A DNA stretch of 64,000 nucleotides from Candidatus Micrarchaeota archaeon (GCA_038046805.1 JBBSVO010000006.1:103314-167313), one strand, 5' to 3'; shown: positions 27,923 to 38,700, counted from the first letter of the stretch. A program made the numbers and translations. Notes: generated by a model from the sequence alone, not told the origin.

Positions 27923-29452
27923 ATGTCCGAATCTTCCGATTTTTCTCAGCTAGGGGTACGCATCTCGCTAGAAGCAGAAAGTCTTCTCAATTCACGGCAG
28001 GATAAAGAGGATATTATCAAACGGCTGTTAAATTCCGGAAAGGTTTTTGTTGATCTAACAGATATAGAGAACGAAATTGCAGGAACCCCTGATTTGATAA
28101 GGAATACTGGTGCCACTGAATTGTCAGAACCACTGTTTCAATCCATCTCATCTAACGATTCTACAAACCAAAAAACCGAAGTTCGTTCCCCTGATTTTTT
28201 TCATCCGACTGCAAAAGAATTTTCATCTGATTTCAAAATCATCCATTCGCGGGAGGTAACTGGAAAATCAAGGACCACGGGCAGCGCGGACGATTTTGTC
28301 GCATATTTCCGAAACCGATACGAACGATTAGCACGCATTCTTCGACTTGGCCGAAACAATCTTCCATTGATTGATCTCGTAAATATAAAGAAATTCGTAA
28401 ATCAGGAAGTCCGCGTTATTGTGATGGTTATTGAAGTCGCCAAAACAAAAAAAGGAAATATTCTCGTTACGGCCGAAGATCTTTCCGGTTCCTTCAAATT
28501 CGTTTTTTCGCATGGCGGGCAGGGTCGCGACAACGAAAAACTGTTTGAAAATGCCGGCAGAATTATTGTTGATGATGTGATTTCCATAAGCGGCAAGGTT
28601 CTTGAACCCTATATTATTGCAAAGGAATTCGAATGGCCGGATATCCCGATCACCCACCAGCGTAAATTTGCGGAGAATGATGTTTCTGCCGTGTACCTCT
28701 CTGATATACATTTCGGAAGCAGATATTTTCTTGATAAATATTTTGAATTGTTTGTGGATTGGCTTCAAGGGAAAGGAGAAGCAAAAGATATAGCTGGAAA
28801 AGTAAAATATCTTTTTATTTCAGGGGATATTGTTGATGGTATTGGAATTTATCCAAACCAGGAAAAAGAGCTTATCATAAAAGATGTGTTCAAGCAATAT
28901 GAAATGTTTCGGGATTTTGTAGAACAAGTTCCTGATTATATTGAAATTTTTGCCTGTCCTGGAAATCACGACGCTGTCAGGCGCGGAGAACCAATGCCTG
29001 CCCTTGGAAAAGAATTCGTTGGCGACAGAGTAAATAGCCTTGGTAATCCATCCACACTTATTGTCGAGGGAGTAAAGCACGTCATGTATCATGGCACTTC
29101 CATCGATTCATTAATCGCGACCCTTCCAAACTGCTCATACAATCATCCTGAAAAAGTCATGATCGAATACCTCAAAAGAAGGCACCTCTCAACAATATAT
29201 GGGGGGAATCCAATTGTGCCTGAGAAAGTTGACTATATGGTTTTGGAGGAAGAACCGGACGTTCTTCATTGCGGTCATGTTCACAAGAACGGTTACACGC
29301 AATACCGGGGAACTCTTCTTATCAATTCCGGGACTTTTCAGGATCGAACAGAATTTCAGATAAAACAGGGTCATGTTCCAACTCCTTGTCTTATTCCAGT
29401 ATGTGATTTGAAGACAGGAAAATTAAGGACGCTTGATTTCAAATCCGCTTGA
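27923..29452 (+). CDS. polB: DNA polymerase II (PolD) small subunit DP1
   Basis: 509 aa. OB-fold region followed by calcineurin-like phosphoesterase motifs DIHFGS, GDIVDG, GNHD, GHVH. Confidence 0.9.
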   Translation: MSESSDFSQLGVRISLEAESLLNSRQDKEDIIKRLLNSGKVFVDLTDIENEIAGTPDLIRNTGATELSEPLFQSISSNDSTNQKTEVRSPDFFHPTAKEFSSDFKIIHSREVTGKSRTTGSADDFVAYFRNRYERLARILRLGRNNLPLIDLVNIKKFVNQEVRVIVMVIEVAKTKKGNILVTAEDLSGSFKFVFSHGGQGRDNEKLFENAGRIIVDDVISISGKVLEPYIIAKEFEWPDIPITHQRKFAENDVSAVYLSDIHFGSRYFLDKYFELFVDWLQGKGEAKDIAGKVKYLFISGDIVDGIGIYPNQEKELIIKDVFKQYEMFRDFVEQVPDYIEIFACPGNHDAVRRGEPMPALGKEFVGDRVNSLGNPSTLIVEGVKHVMYHGTSIDSLIATLPNCSYNHPEKVMIEYLKRRHLSTIYGGNPIVPEKVDYMVLEEEPDVLHCGHVHKNGYTQYRGTLLINSGTFQDRTEFQIKQGHVPTPCLIPVCDLKTGKLRTLDFKSA

Positions 29453-29552
29453 ACCGCGGTTCAAGGGCCTTGAAGTTTTTAATCCGTGGAATTCCACCGG
29501 TCTATTTGACCGGTGGTCACATCAGAAAACCTGGCGGTGGAATTCCCCAGCT

Positions 29553-29632
29553 GTCAAAATGCTCACCAATAAGCGAGCGCCCCTCACAAGCCTTGGTCTA
29601 TGACCGAGGGTGGGCGCGAGCATTTTGACACT
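29553..29632 (+). ncRNA. Candidate structured RNA hairpin in the DP1-DP2 spacer
   Basis: Perfect 12-bp basal stem GTCAAAATGCTC (29553-29564) / GAGCATTTTGAC (29618-29629), enclosing a GC-rich inner stem GCGCCC.../...GGGCGC. About 56% G+C by hand count. ACA sits right after the stem. Strand and function unknown. Confidence 0.3.
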
Positions 29633-29662
29633 TCAAGAGCTCATAATTTAAGACGTGTTTAA

Positions 29663-32600
29663 ATGAATATCGATGACTACAATGACCTCCTTAAGGATGG
29701 TCTCAATAAGGCATTCTCCGTTGCATCAGCAGCGCGCATGAAAAACCTTGATCCAAAATCAGATGTAGAAGTAAAAATAGCAAAAGATGTGGCTGCCAGA
29801 GTAGAAGGGGTTGTGGGTCCGCAGGGAGTTGCTGAAGTTATCAGGAAAATGGAGCAAGGCGGTAAATCAAGAGAAGAAATCGCGTTTGACATCACAAAAG
29901 AAATCGCATCCGGGAAAATTTTTCAAGGCACGCTCGAACAACGAATAGAACAGGCAGTTCGTACCAGTGTTGGGATACTTACGGAGGGTGTTCTTGTAGC
30001 ACCAACAGAAGGTATTGCAAAAATAAAGGTGAAAAAAAATCCAGACGGAAGCGATTTTGTAGCAGTTTACTACGCAGGTCCGATAAGAAGTGCAGGAGGA
30101 ACTGCAGCAGCTCTTAGCGTAGTTATTGCAGACATCGCTCGCAGGGTTGCCGGAGTCGGCGATTATCGTGCAACAGATTCTCAAGTCGAACGTTATGTAG
30201 AGGAAATAAATATTTACGAGGCACGCGTTGCGCATCTGCAATACAAACCCCCGGAAGAGGATACAAGAATAATTGTGATGGGCTGTCCGGTTTGCGTTGA
30301 TGGAGAACCGACAGAAGAAATGGAGGTTTCGGTTCACAGAGGAATATCCGGAGTTGAAACAGATCGGATACGTGGTGGTATTCCATTAGTTATTTGCGAA
30401 GGAATAGCTCAGAAGGCTGCAAAACTATTCAAATATACGAAAAAGCTTGGGTTGGGGTGGGATTGGCTAGAAAGGATAATCAAGATAAAGCGAAAAGCGG
30501 ATACATCTGAAATAAAACCAGATGATGCCTTTTTGGAAGGATTTGTTGCCGGAAGGCCTGTGTTTGCTTATCCTTCAACAAAAGGCGGTTTTCGCCTTCG
30601 TTATGGCAGAAGCAGAACCAATGGTCTGATGGCCAAAAACATACACCCCGCCACAATGCGCGTGTTGGATAATTTCCTTGCGCATGGCACACACATGAAA
30701 ATAGAAAGACCAGGGAAAGGTTGCGTGGTTTCAACATGTGGTCAGCTTGAGCCGCCAGTGGTAAAATTAAGTGATGGAAGTGTCGTGCGGGTAGAATCAA
30801 TTGAATCTGCGGAAAAACTTTCCAGTCAGATTTCGGAAATCCTTTTTCTTGGAGATATGCTTGTTGCTTTCGGCGATTTTGCAAAATCAAACCACCCTCT
30901 CATTCCACCCGGTTACTGCGAAGAATGGTGGCTGCAGGAAGTTGCTGCAAAGGGAATCGTAGTTCCAAAAGACATTTATGAAAGTGCTGCGGCATCTTTT
31001 GATTTTTCCAAAAAATGGGGCGTTCCGTTGAATCCTAAATTTACATTCATGTGGGATTGCATCCCAGTTGCGGATATTTCCATCCTGGTACAATCTCTTA
31101 GAACAGCTAAAATTTCCTGGGACGAAGATACGCCCAAGCAACTTACACTTCTCAATGGAGATGTAAAACGAATTCTCGAATCTCTCCTGATAGAACACAG
31201 GGTTGTTGGTGAAACTCTATCAATTTGCGGTGAGGATGGAATCTCCTTGTTGCTCTCTCTCGGAATGTTTGACATGCGTGATAAATCGATCATTCACTCC
31301 CAGGCTATTTCCCCAGGTATTGATCCAGTCAATTCTACCAATCCTGCCAATTCTACGGGTTCTACCAGTTCTACCAACGATGTGGTTTCATCGCTTTCCG
31401 GAATTAAGATTAGGCCAAAAGCAGGTACCTGGATTGGCGCAAGAATGGGCCGGCCGGAAAAGGCAAAGGAGAGATTTATGGACGGGCATCCAAACATTCT
31501 TTTTCCAACTGGATCAGACAAGAACAGGAGCCTTCCAAAACTGTGCAAGGTGCTTTCTACAAGGGAGGGAAGCAAAAGTACGAATCTTGAGCTTGCACGT
31601 TACAAATGTGGCAATTGTGGAACTACTTCTCCATGGCCTTCGTGTTACAACTGCAATTCCATATGTTCTATCGAACGAGTATGTCAGAAGTGCAGTGCAA
31701 TAACAACATCAGATACTCATTGCGATGTGAAAACCGTTTCCTTTGACAAACGGCCGTTTGATTTGATTTCTGCAATGGATTCTGCAAAAAAGAAAATCGG
31801 AAATTTTATGCCAGATGATCTAAAAGGAGTAAAAGGCTTGTCAAATCCAACCCGTGTTCCGGAAATGCTCGAAAAAGGATTGCTCAGGGCAAAGTATGAT
31901 TTGTATATATTTCGCGATGGAACCATTCGTTTTGATTCAACTGATGTTCCGCTTACACACTTCATCCCCGCGGAGATCGGTTTAAGCATGGAAAAAGCCA
32001 AAGGGCTCGGTTATATCAAAGACTATAAGGGGGAACAGCTTGTTTCTGAAAGTCAGCTCGTTCCTTTGATGCAACAGGATGTTCTTGTTTCAGAGGATGG
32101 TGCAGAATATTTCTTCCGTGTGTCTAAGTTTATTGACGAAATGCTCGTGAATTTATACGGGCTTCCTTCTTTTTACAATCTTTCAAAGTCCTCTGATATA
32201 ATCGGCACGTTTGCAGTCGGCCTTTCCCCACACACTTCTGCAGGTGTATTATGCAGAATAATCGGAATAACAAAAGCGAATGTTGGTTATGCTCATCCAT
32301 ACTTCCATACAGCTAAGAGAAGGAACGCTGATGGTGACGAAGATTCCCTAATGCTTCTCACGGACGCCCTGATAAATTTCTCACGCGCATATCTTGCTGA
32401 AACACGCGGCGGGACTATGGATACTCCGCTCGTTCTTACAACCTTCCTTGAACCAAAAGAAGTTGATGATGAAGTCCACAACATGGAGCTTGTCTGGTTT
32501 TATCCGCTTGAATTCTATGAAGCCGCGACTAAATATGCTTCTCCAGGCGATGTGAAAATAAAAACCGTAAAGGACGTTCTTGAATCTCCGGAAAAATTTG

Positions 32601-33073
32601 AAGGATTTCCGATAACTCATTATTGCGAAAGCATACATGATGGCAACTTACGTACTGCGTATGTCACGCTAAAATCCATTCCTGAAAAACTAGATCTTCA
32701 ATTTAATCTTCAAAAGAAAATCCGCGCAGTGAATGTTCGTGATGCTGCCGAGCGCCTTATTCTGAGTCATTTCATCCCAGATCTTTATGGTAACCTTCGT
32801 TCATATTCCCGTCAGAGCTTTCGTTGCTCAAATTGCAATACGATCTATCGCAGGGTCCCTCTTGTTGGTAAATGTACAAAATGTGGGGGAAACCTAATCC
32901 TGACAATCAACAAGGGCGGGATAGAGAAATATCTTAAAGTTTCAAAGAAAATAATCGATGAATTCGATCTTCCTGTTTATCTGAAGCAGAGGCTGGAGCT
33001 TGTTGAAAAAGAAATAAAAAGTATCTTCGAGGACGAGAAGATTAAACAACTCGGCCTCTCAGATTTTGTATAA
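29663..33073 (+). CDS. polC: DNA polymerase II (PolD) large catalytic subunit DP2
   Basis: 1136 aa. Characteristic N-terminus, several Cys clusters (CPVCVDG; CGNCG...CYNCN...CQKC; CSNCN...CTKCGG), and conserved RRNADGDEDS catalytic region. Confidence 0.9.
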   Translation: MNIDDYNDLLKDGLNKAFSVASAARMKNLDPKSDVEVKIAKDVAARVEGVVGPQGVAEVIRKMEQGGKSREEIAFDITKEIASGKIFQGTLEQRIEQAVRTSVGILTEGVLVAPTEGIAKIKVKKNPDGSDFVAVYYAGPIRSAGGTAAALSVVIADIARRVAGVGDYRATDSQVERYVEEINIYEARVAHLQYKPPEEDTRIIVMGCPVCVDGEPTEEMEVSVHRGISGVETDRIRGGIPLVICEGIAQKAAKLFKYTKKLGLGWDWLERIIKIKRKADTSEIKPDDAFLEGFVAGRPVFAYPSTKGGFRLRYGRSRTNGLMAKNIHPATMRVLDNFLAHGTHMKIERPGKGCVVSTCGQLEPPVVKLSDGSVVRVESIESAEKLSSQISEILFLGDMLVAFGDFAKSNHPLIPPGYCEEWWLQEVAAKGIVVPKDIYESAAASFDFSKKWGVPLNPKFTFMWDCIPVADISILVQSLRTAKISWDEDTPKQLTLLNGDVKRILESLLIEHRVVGETLSICGEDGISLLLSLGMFDMRDKSIIHSQAISPGIDPVNSTNPANSTGSTSSTNDVVSSLSGIKIRPKAGTWIGARMGRPEKAKERFMDGHPNILFPTGSDKNRSLPKLCKVLSTREGSKSTNLELARYKCGNCGTTSPWPSCYNCNSICSIERVCQKCSAITTSDTHCDVKTVSFDKRPFDLISAMDSAKKKIGNFMPDDLKGVKGLSNPTRVPEMLEKGLLRAKYDLYIFRDGTIRFDSTDVPLTHFIPAEIGLSMEKAKGLGYIKDYKGEQLVSESQLVPLMQQDVLVSEDGAEYFFRVSKFIDEMLVNLYGLPSFYNLSKSSDIIGTFAVGLSPHTSAGVLCRIIGITKANVGYAHPYFHTAKRRNADGDEDSLMLLTDALINFSRAYLAETRGGTMDTPLVLTTFLEPKEVDDEVHNMELVWFYPLEFYEAATKYASPGDVKIKTVKDVLESPEKFEGFPITHYCESIHDGNLRTAYVTLKSIPEKLDLQFNLQKKIRAVNVRDAAERLILSHFIPDLYGNLRSYSRQSFRCSNCNTIYRRVPLVGKCTKCGGNLILTINKGGIEKYLKVSKKIIDEFDLPVYLKQRLELVEKEIKSIFEDEKIKQLGLSDFV

Positions 33074-33078
33074 ACTAC

Positions 33079-33477
33079 TTAAAATTTCTGGCCGATAAAC
33101 CCACCTATAAGGGCGAGTATCAAGCCAATTACTGCTCCTATTGGCAATCCTATCAGTGCCCCAACCACGACTGCAATTGCTGCACCAGCCGCTCCTCCGC
33201 CTGCCATTGTAATAGCGATTGTTGCAAGTATTATTCCGACTATTCCTGCAACGACTGATACAACTACACCTACTAATCCAGCGCCCATAAGGTCAAGTTT
33301 GAATGCCTTTACTGCATTGTATCCTGCCCACAGAGATACTGCCAGACTAACTAATCCCAAAATAGCTCCGAGAATCCCGACTCCTAATAAACCTAGGATA
33401 AAATTCAGAATTCCAAGACCAACCAAAATGTATATTGGCATTTTGGATGCTTCAATAATTTTGCCAGTGTCTACCAT
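33079..33477 (-). CDS. Small Gly/Ala/Ile-rich membrane protein
   Basis: 132 aa, almost entirely hydrophobic, with repeated GxxxG-like spacing. Confidence 0.55.
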   Translation of the reverse strand: MVDTGKIIEASKMPIYILVGLGILNFILGLLGVGILGAILGLVSLAVSLWAGYNAVKAFKLDLMGAGLVGVVVSVVAGIVGIILATIAITMAGGGAAGAAIAVVVGALIGLPIGAVIGLILALIGGFIGQKF

Positions 33478-33536
33478 AGATGCACCTCAAACCTTATTAT
33501 ATTTTTTTTCTATGCTCGCAGGGAAGTGTTAAAAAT

Positions 33537-34100
33537 CTATTCTAGTGCAACTTCGACGATAGTCTCATATTTGGGTCCTTTTCCAGTGTCTCTTCCAAGA
33601 ATGCTTTGCTTCAGGAAAAATTGGGTTACTTCGAACTCCCCAAAGTCTGCGTTTTTGTATTTTGCCAGAAAATCCAGCAAATTTATCCTTCTTTTTACGC
33701 GAGCAATCGTCAGATGCGGCGTGTTCTCTTCTCTGGGAAATCCGAGTTCGCCTATTCCCTCATTTATTCTATCAGAGAGTTCTTTCAACGAGTTATCCTT
33801 GCTTTTGCAGCCTATCCACACCACGCGAATATAACTCTCGTTCGGAAAAACTCCGACTCCTCTAAGTTTGACTTTTATTCTTTTTGTTTTTGCCGCAATT
33901 TTGAGAAGTGCATTTTCTATCTTTGCAATGTCATCATATCCTATGTCCCCCAGGAATTTCATGGTTATATGCAGATTTTCATCCTCAGTTGGTCTTATAC
34001 TGTCTCCTGCCTTTTCCAATTCTTTTTTTACAGCACGTAACCTATGGTGAATCTCCTTTGGAATATCAATCGCAACAAATCCCCGGAATGATTTTTTCAT
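33537..34100 (-). CDS. thpR: RNA 2',3'-cyclic phosphodiesterase (2H family, ThpR/LigT)
   Basis: 187 aa. Two H-x-T/S motifs (NLHITMKFLG and TPHLTIARV). Confidence 0.85.
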   Translation of the reverse strand: MKKSFRGFVAIDIPKEIHHRLRAVKKELEKAGDSIRPTEDENLHITMKFLGDIGYDDIAKIENALLKIAAKTKRIKVKLRGVGVFPNESYIRVVWIGCKSKDNSLKELSDRINEGIGELGFPREENTPHLTIARVKRRINLLDFLAKYKNADFGEFEVTQFFLKQSILGRDTGKGPKYETIVEVALE

Positions 34101-34153
34101 GTTATTATCATGGCCACAGTATTTTTAAATATTTGCCACATTATCTGTCTTTC

Positions 34154-34402
34154 ATGGAACCAAGAACCAAAAGACCCGGATCAAGAAGCCCTACTGATCA
34201 CACAAGACCTGTCACGTTTGCAGGTGGCAAAAAGCCAGGTTTGAGAGACGGCCCGAGGACGATTATATTCCTAGCTACTTCTGATGTACAGACCATTGGA
34301 ATCATATTATATGAGTTATCCAATCGTAACATATTTGTTAATGCAACTACGGATGCCTTCACGTTTCGTGGTTCAAAACCAAAGCGTCCATTAGAATTTT
34401 AA
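34154..34402 (+). CDS. Candidate small basic protein (82 aa)
   Basis: ATG at 34154 lies about 25 bp downstream of a TTTTTAAATATTT TATA-like box in an otherwise empty 320-bp divergent spacer. The N-terminal part of the longer track ORF overlaps thpR and is discarded. Confidence 0.35.
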   Translation: MEPRTKRPGSRSPTDHTRPVTFAGGKKPGLRDGPRTIIFLATSDVQTIGIILYELSNRNIFVNATTDAFTFRGSKPKRPLEF

Positions 34403-34424
34403 ACTGTGCAACTTATCTAATCTC

Positions 34425-35696
34425 ATGCTCGAAAAGATTCTTTCGTATGGTGCTGATTCTGCCGAATTATTCTTTCAGTCGGAAAAAGGAACCTCAATTG
34501 AGATCGTCAATGGATCAATAAAATCCGCGGAATCCAGTATTTCTTCTGGTTATGGACTTAGAGTCGTGAAAAACAAACGTATTGGTTTTTCTTATTTTGA
34601 ATACGTGCATGGCGGAAATCCGAAAACTGCCACGGAAAACGCGATAAAACTGTCACAACTTTCAAAACAATCTGATTTTTCATTTATCTCAGGTTCTAAA
34701 TTTCCAAAAATCAGAACGGTTGATAAGACATTGTCCGGAGCTGGAGAAAATGACGCAAGAAATTGGGCCTATTCAGTGGCTAATCAAATAAATAAACACA
34801 CCAAAACTTATCGTGTAATTGTTTCGTTTTCAAATTCGGAAACCCAGATAGCGAATTCGGAGGGTTTCACTGCAGCATATCCTTCAACCAACTTCTCAAT
34901 CTATGCCGAAGCAATGAAAGGAAAGAGCTTTGGTTTCTCTCATTTTTCCAGCCAGTTTATGCCAGACTCCGTAGAAGTGGTGGGTCTGAATACCTCTAAC
35001 ATGCTGAAATCCATGAAAGATGCAAAAAAGCCGGAAAGCGGTAAGTATGTAGTTGTTTTTTCTCCATTTGCAATGAGAAGTGTTCTTGGAATCCTTCTTC
35101 AGTCTTTTTCAGGAGATTGGAAACGGAAGGGAATTGGAGTATTAGCAGATAAGTTAAAACGAAAAGTGTTTTCTGATTCTTTCTCTTTATCTGATTCTCC
35201 ACTTTCCATAGGTTCATCCTCTTTTCCATTCGATGATGAGGGCATTTCAGCTCACGAAACAAAACTTGTCGAAAAAGGAGAGGTCTCATCATTCATGTAT
35301 GATCGTGCAACTGCTGCCCTGGAAGGGGAGTCTAACACACGTGCTTGCGGATCGTGCTCTCGTTCTTCTTATTCTTCGCGTCCTGGTATAGGGTATTCGA
35401 ATCTCGTTATTGGTCCTGGAAATTACGGTGATTTTGAAAGAGAACTGGAAAACTTCATTCTCGTAGAGTCACTGCATGGTGCCCATACTGCAAATGCACT
35501 CACCGGAGACTTTTCCCTGGAAGTTCCAGTTGCCTTTCATTTCCGCAAAGGGAAATCCTCCCCAGTTCGTGGTTTCATGCTCAGTGGCAACATCTTTAAG
35601 CTTTTCAACTCAATATTAGGAATAGAAAAGGAATTCACGATATATGATAATCTTATTTCGCCAAGGATTGCCTTTTCAGAAGTAAATATTATCTGA
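34425..35696 (+). CDS. TldD/PmbA family metallopeptidase
   Basis: 423 aa. N-terminal GADSAELFFQSEKGTSIEIVNGSIKSAE...GYGLRVV pattern and C-terminal GAHTANALTGDFS. Confidence 0.8.
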   Translation: MLEKILSYGADSAELFFQSEKGTSIEIVNGSIKSAESSISSGYGLRVVKNKRIGFSYFEYVHGGNPKTATENAIKLSQLSKQSDFSFISGSKFPKIRTVDKTLSGAGENDARNWAYSVANQINKHTKTYRVIVSFSNSETQIANSEGFTAAYPSTNFSIYAEAMKGKSFGFSHFSSQFMPDSVEVVGLNTSNMLKSMKDAKKPESGKYVVVFSPFAMRSVLGILLQSFSGDWKRKGIGVLADKLKRKVFSDSFSLSDSPLSIGSSSFPFDDEGISAHETKLVEKGEVSSFMYDRATAALEGESNTRACGSCSRSSYSSRPGIGYSNLVIGPGNYGDFERELENFILVESLHGAHTANALTGDFSLEVPVAFHFRKGKSSPVRGFMLSGNIFKLFNSILGIEKEFTIYDNLISPRIAFSEVNII

Positions 35697-35756
35697 ACAT
35701 TATCTGAATAATACCTGAATAATACGCCGTATACTTCGTCTTTGTGGTGAATTCTA

Positions 35757-38700
35757 ATGCGTGATTTTGAAACAACTGAAAAGATCGCAGTGCCGGAAAA
35801 GCTCATAGACCAGATCATAGGTCAAGATAAGGCAGTTGAAATAATAAAAAAAGCTGCAAAACAAAAGCGCAATGTCCTTCTCATAGGTCCGCCAGGTACA
35901 GGCAAAAGCATGCTCGCACAGGCAATGGCAGAGCTAATGCCTGCTGAAGAACTGGAGGATGTTCTTACTTATCCAAATCCAAATAATGAGAATCAGCCAC
36001 TTATCAAGGCAGTTAAAACTCATCCTTCACCAGATGAAATAGAAAAGAATAAGGAATACAAAATGCTGTTTCATCCAAAAGAGCTTTTGGATATGAAAAG
36101 AGGAACTACCGGGAAACCCATGCCTTTGATTGGTATGGGAAGAAGAATATTTCGCATGAGCCGAGCCATGGATGATCGCATGGCAGGTGGCGGTTCTAAC
36201 CTCTTCATGTTGATTCTGATTGGTATAATTCTTCTTGCAATAATTTTCTATCTTGATCTTGCAGAAAACATAAAATGGCTTCTTCTGGCGGGAATTTTCG
36301 GTATTGCATTTTTATATATCATTTCAAGTGCTACCCAGGGCTTAAGCCGCAGGTTTATGCCGACAGAAAATGCAAACCCGAAATTAATCATTGATAACAG
36401 CGAGAAATTTACTGCACCATTTATTGATGCTACGGGTGCAAAAGCCGGCGCGCTTCTCGGAGATTGTAAACACGATCCGTTGCAATGTTTTTTCCCATCA
36501 TCTACGACCTATATCGTTAAGGACGAGAAAATCCTTACAGTTGCTTTGAATGAACTTGTTGATAACTTGCTAGCAAAATACCCAGAATTAATTCAAAGAG
36601 ATGAAAAATATGAAGGGTTGATTCTCCCAAAAAACGAGGAGATTTACACTATTGGTTCATTGAACGCAAACACAATACCTGTACGTATTTTATGTGTAAA
36701 TAGAAGACTGCGCACAGGGAAGGTATCCATTGTTAAGACTGGTATCACTCGTTTATTAGTAACCCCGGAACACAAAATATTTTCCGGTGGAAATCTCATA
36801 GAAGCCGAAAAAATTAGGCCAAGTTCACAATTTTCTTTATATTTTAATCCAGTGATAACGAAGGATGACGTCATAAGGACATTTTCAGAACAAGACCAGG
36901 CAGATGCAGTTAACTATTATAAATTCGTAAAAATAAAAGAGTCAAATCCTCCTTTTGGATACAAGAAAATTGCCAAAATAATGGGGATAAAATCAGGACA
37001 GACCCGGTGGTGGAACAACAAAAAATGTAAACCAAAGGCAGTTCAGACAATAGAACGCCTTGAACATCTTGGTTTGCTTCCCTTCGGTGTTAATAATGCG
37101 GTAGCACCAATAGTTGCTAGAGTTTTAGGCACTACCTTTGGGGATGGAGGTATCTTTTCAACTCTCAATGGAATATTTTTATCTTCTTCTGAAGAAGATT
37201 CTCTTAATCAATACGCACAGGATTTAATCTCCATCTTCGGAACGTCTATAGAACATAATTTTGAGCGCCGAATCAGCGGTGTCAATAATACCGGAAGAGT
37301 TGTATGGAACACGAATCGCGATGTCGTTCGTTTCTTCATAGCTCTCGGAGCCCAGGTTGGAAGAAAGAACAAAAACGTTCGAATACCTTCGTGGATTAAT
37401 CTGAGCTCGGAAGTGCAGCAGGAATTTTTCGGAGCTTTTTTAGGGAATGAACTATGTAGTCCAAGATTCTCCAATGACCAGAACAAGATACAGTGTTTTT
37501 GTTTCGGACTTGCCGGAAGTCGTTCATTGGAACAAAATCGAAAAGAGATTTTATCTACTCTTGCCCATTATCTGAATTCTTATGGAATCCAAACCTCCCC
37601 AAACATAAATGAAAACGAATTCAAAAAAGGGAGATATATATGGAGACTGGGAATATCAACAGAAGTTGAGAACTTAATCCGATTTTACCAGCTTATTCCT
37701 ATTCGTTATTCAAATGCAAAGCTATTGAGAGTTCAGGATGCAATAGAACAGGTTTTGGAACGAAAAAAATCAAAATACAAAGACTTCCTACGCATCGGAA
37801 AGAGTGAAAAATATGTTTTGGCCACTCTTCGCGTTTCGGGAAACACACTTCAAAAGATTATTTCGAATGAAAAGTTGGTTTTTGATTCTTCATCTGTGCA
37901 ATTTTCCGGTTATGTCTATAACATAACAACCGAGTCTGGCAATCTTTTCGCAAATGGAATCCTTGCAAGCAATTCGGGAGGTCTCGGCACCCCCCCTCAT
38001 CTCCGTGTCGAATCAGGCGCAGTCCACCGTGCGAACAAAGGGGTTCTTTTCATTGACGAAATCGCATCTCTTAAATGGCACTGGCAGCAGGAACTTCTGA
38101 CTGCAATGCAGGAAAAGAAATATCCAATAACCGGGCAGAGTGAAATGAGCTCCGGAGCTCTTGTTAAAACAGAATCCGTTCCTAGCGATTTTGTTCTAGT
38201 TGCTGCAGGAAATTTACCTGATCTTCAACAGATTCATCCAGCGCTTCGTTCGCGTATAAGAGGTGCCGGCTATGAAGTTTATGTTGAAGACAGCATGGAC
38301 GATACTCCTGAAAATGAAGACGGGCTTATTCAGTTTATAGCTCAGGAGGTCAAGAAAGACGGGAGGATCCCCCACTTTAATCGGGATGCAGTTATTGAAA
38401 TCATTGAGGAAGCGCGGCGCATGTCTGGTCGAAAAAAGAAATTCACCCTGAATCTAAGAGAGCTCGGTGGACTTGTACGTGCCACCGGAGATATTGCGCG
38501 TGAGCGGGGCTCCCGGTTTGTCGAACGCGAACACGTGGCTCTTGCAAAAAAGGTTTTCAGTTCTATAGAAGGCCAGCTCGGAAAGAAATTCGTAGAGCGA
38601 AAAAAGGATTATGAAACATTCATGCATGAGGGTTCTGCAGTTGGAAGGGTAAATGGCCTTGCAGTGCTCGGAGAATCCTCTTCTGGTCTTGTTCTTCCAA

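Noticed and set aside
29553-29632. Considered H/ACA or C/D box guide RNA
   Set aside because: ACA follows the basal stem, but the internal loop is one-sided (12 nt 5', 0 nt 3'), so no pseudouridylation pocket can be drawn. No RUGAUGA/CUGA box pair is present.
29663-33073. Intein in the PolD large subunit
   Set aside because: The length (1136 aa) is normal for DP2, and no Cys/Ser...HN+Cys/Ser/Thr junction pair with an endonuclease block was seen.
33908-34153. N-terminal 82 codons of the 164-aa ORF 33908..34402
   Set aside because: They overlap the 5' end of thpR on the opposite strand and have hydrophobic, Cys/His-rich nonsense composition. Only the distal 82-aa part is kept, as a low-confidence candidate.
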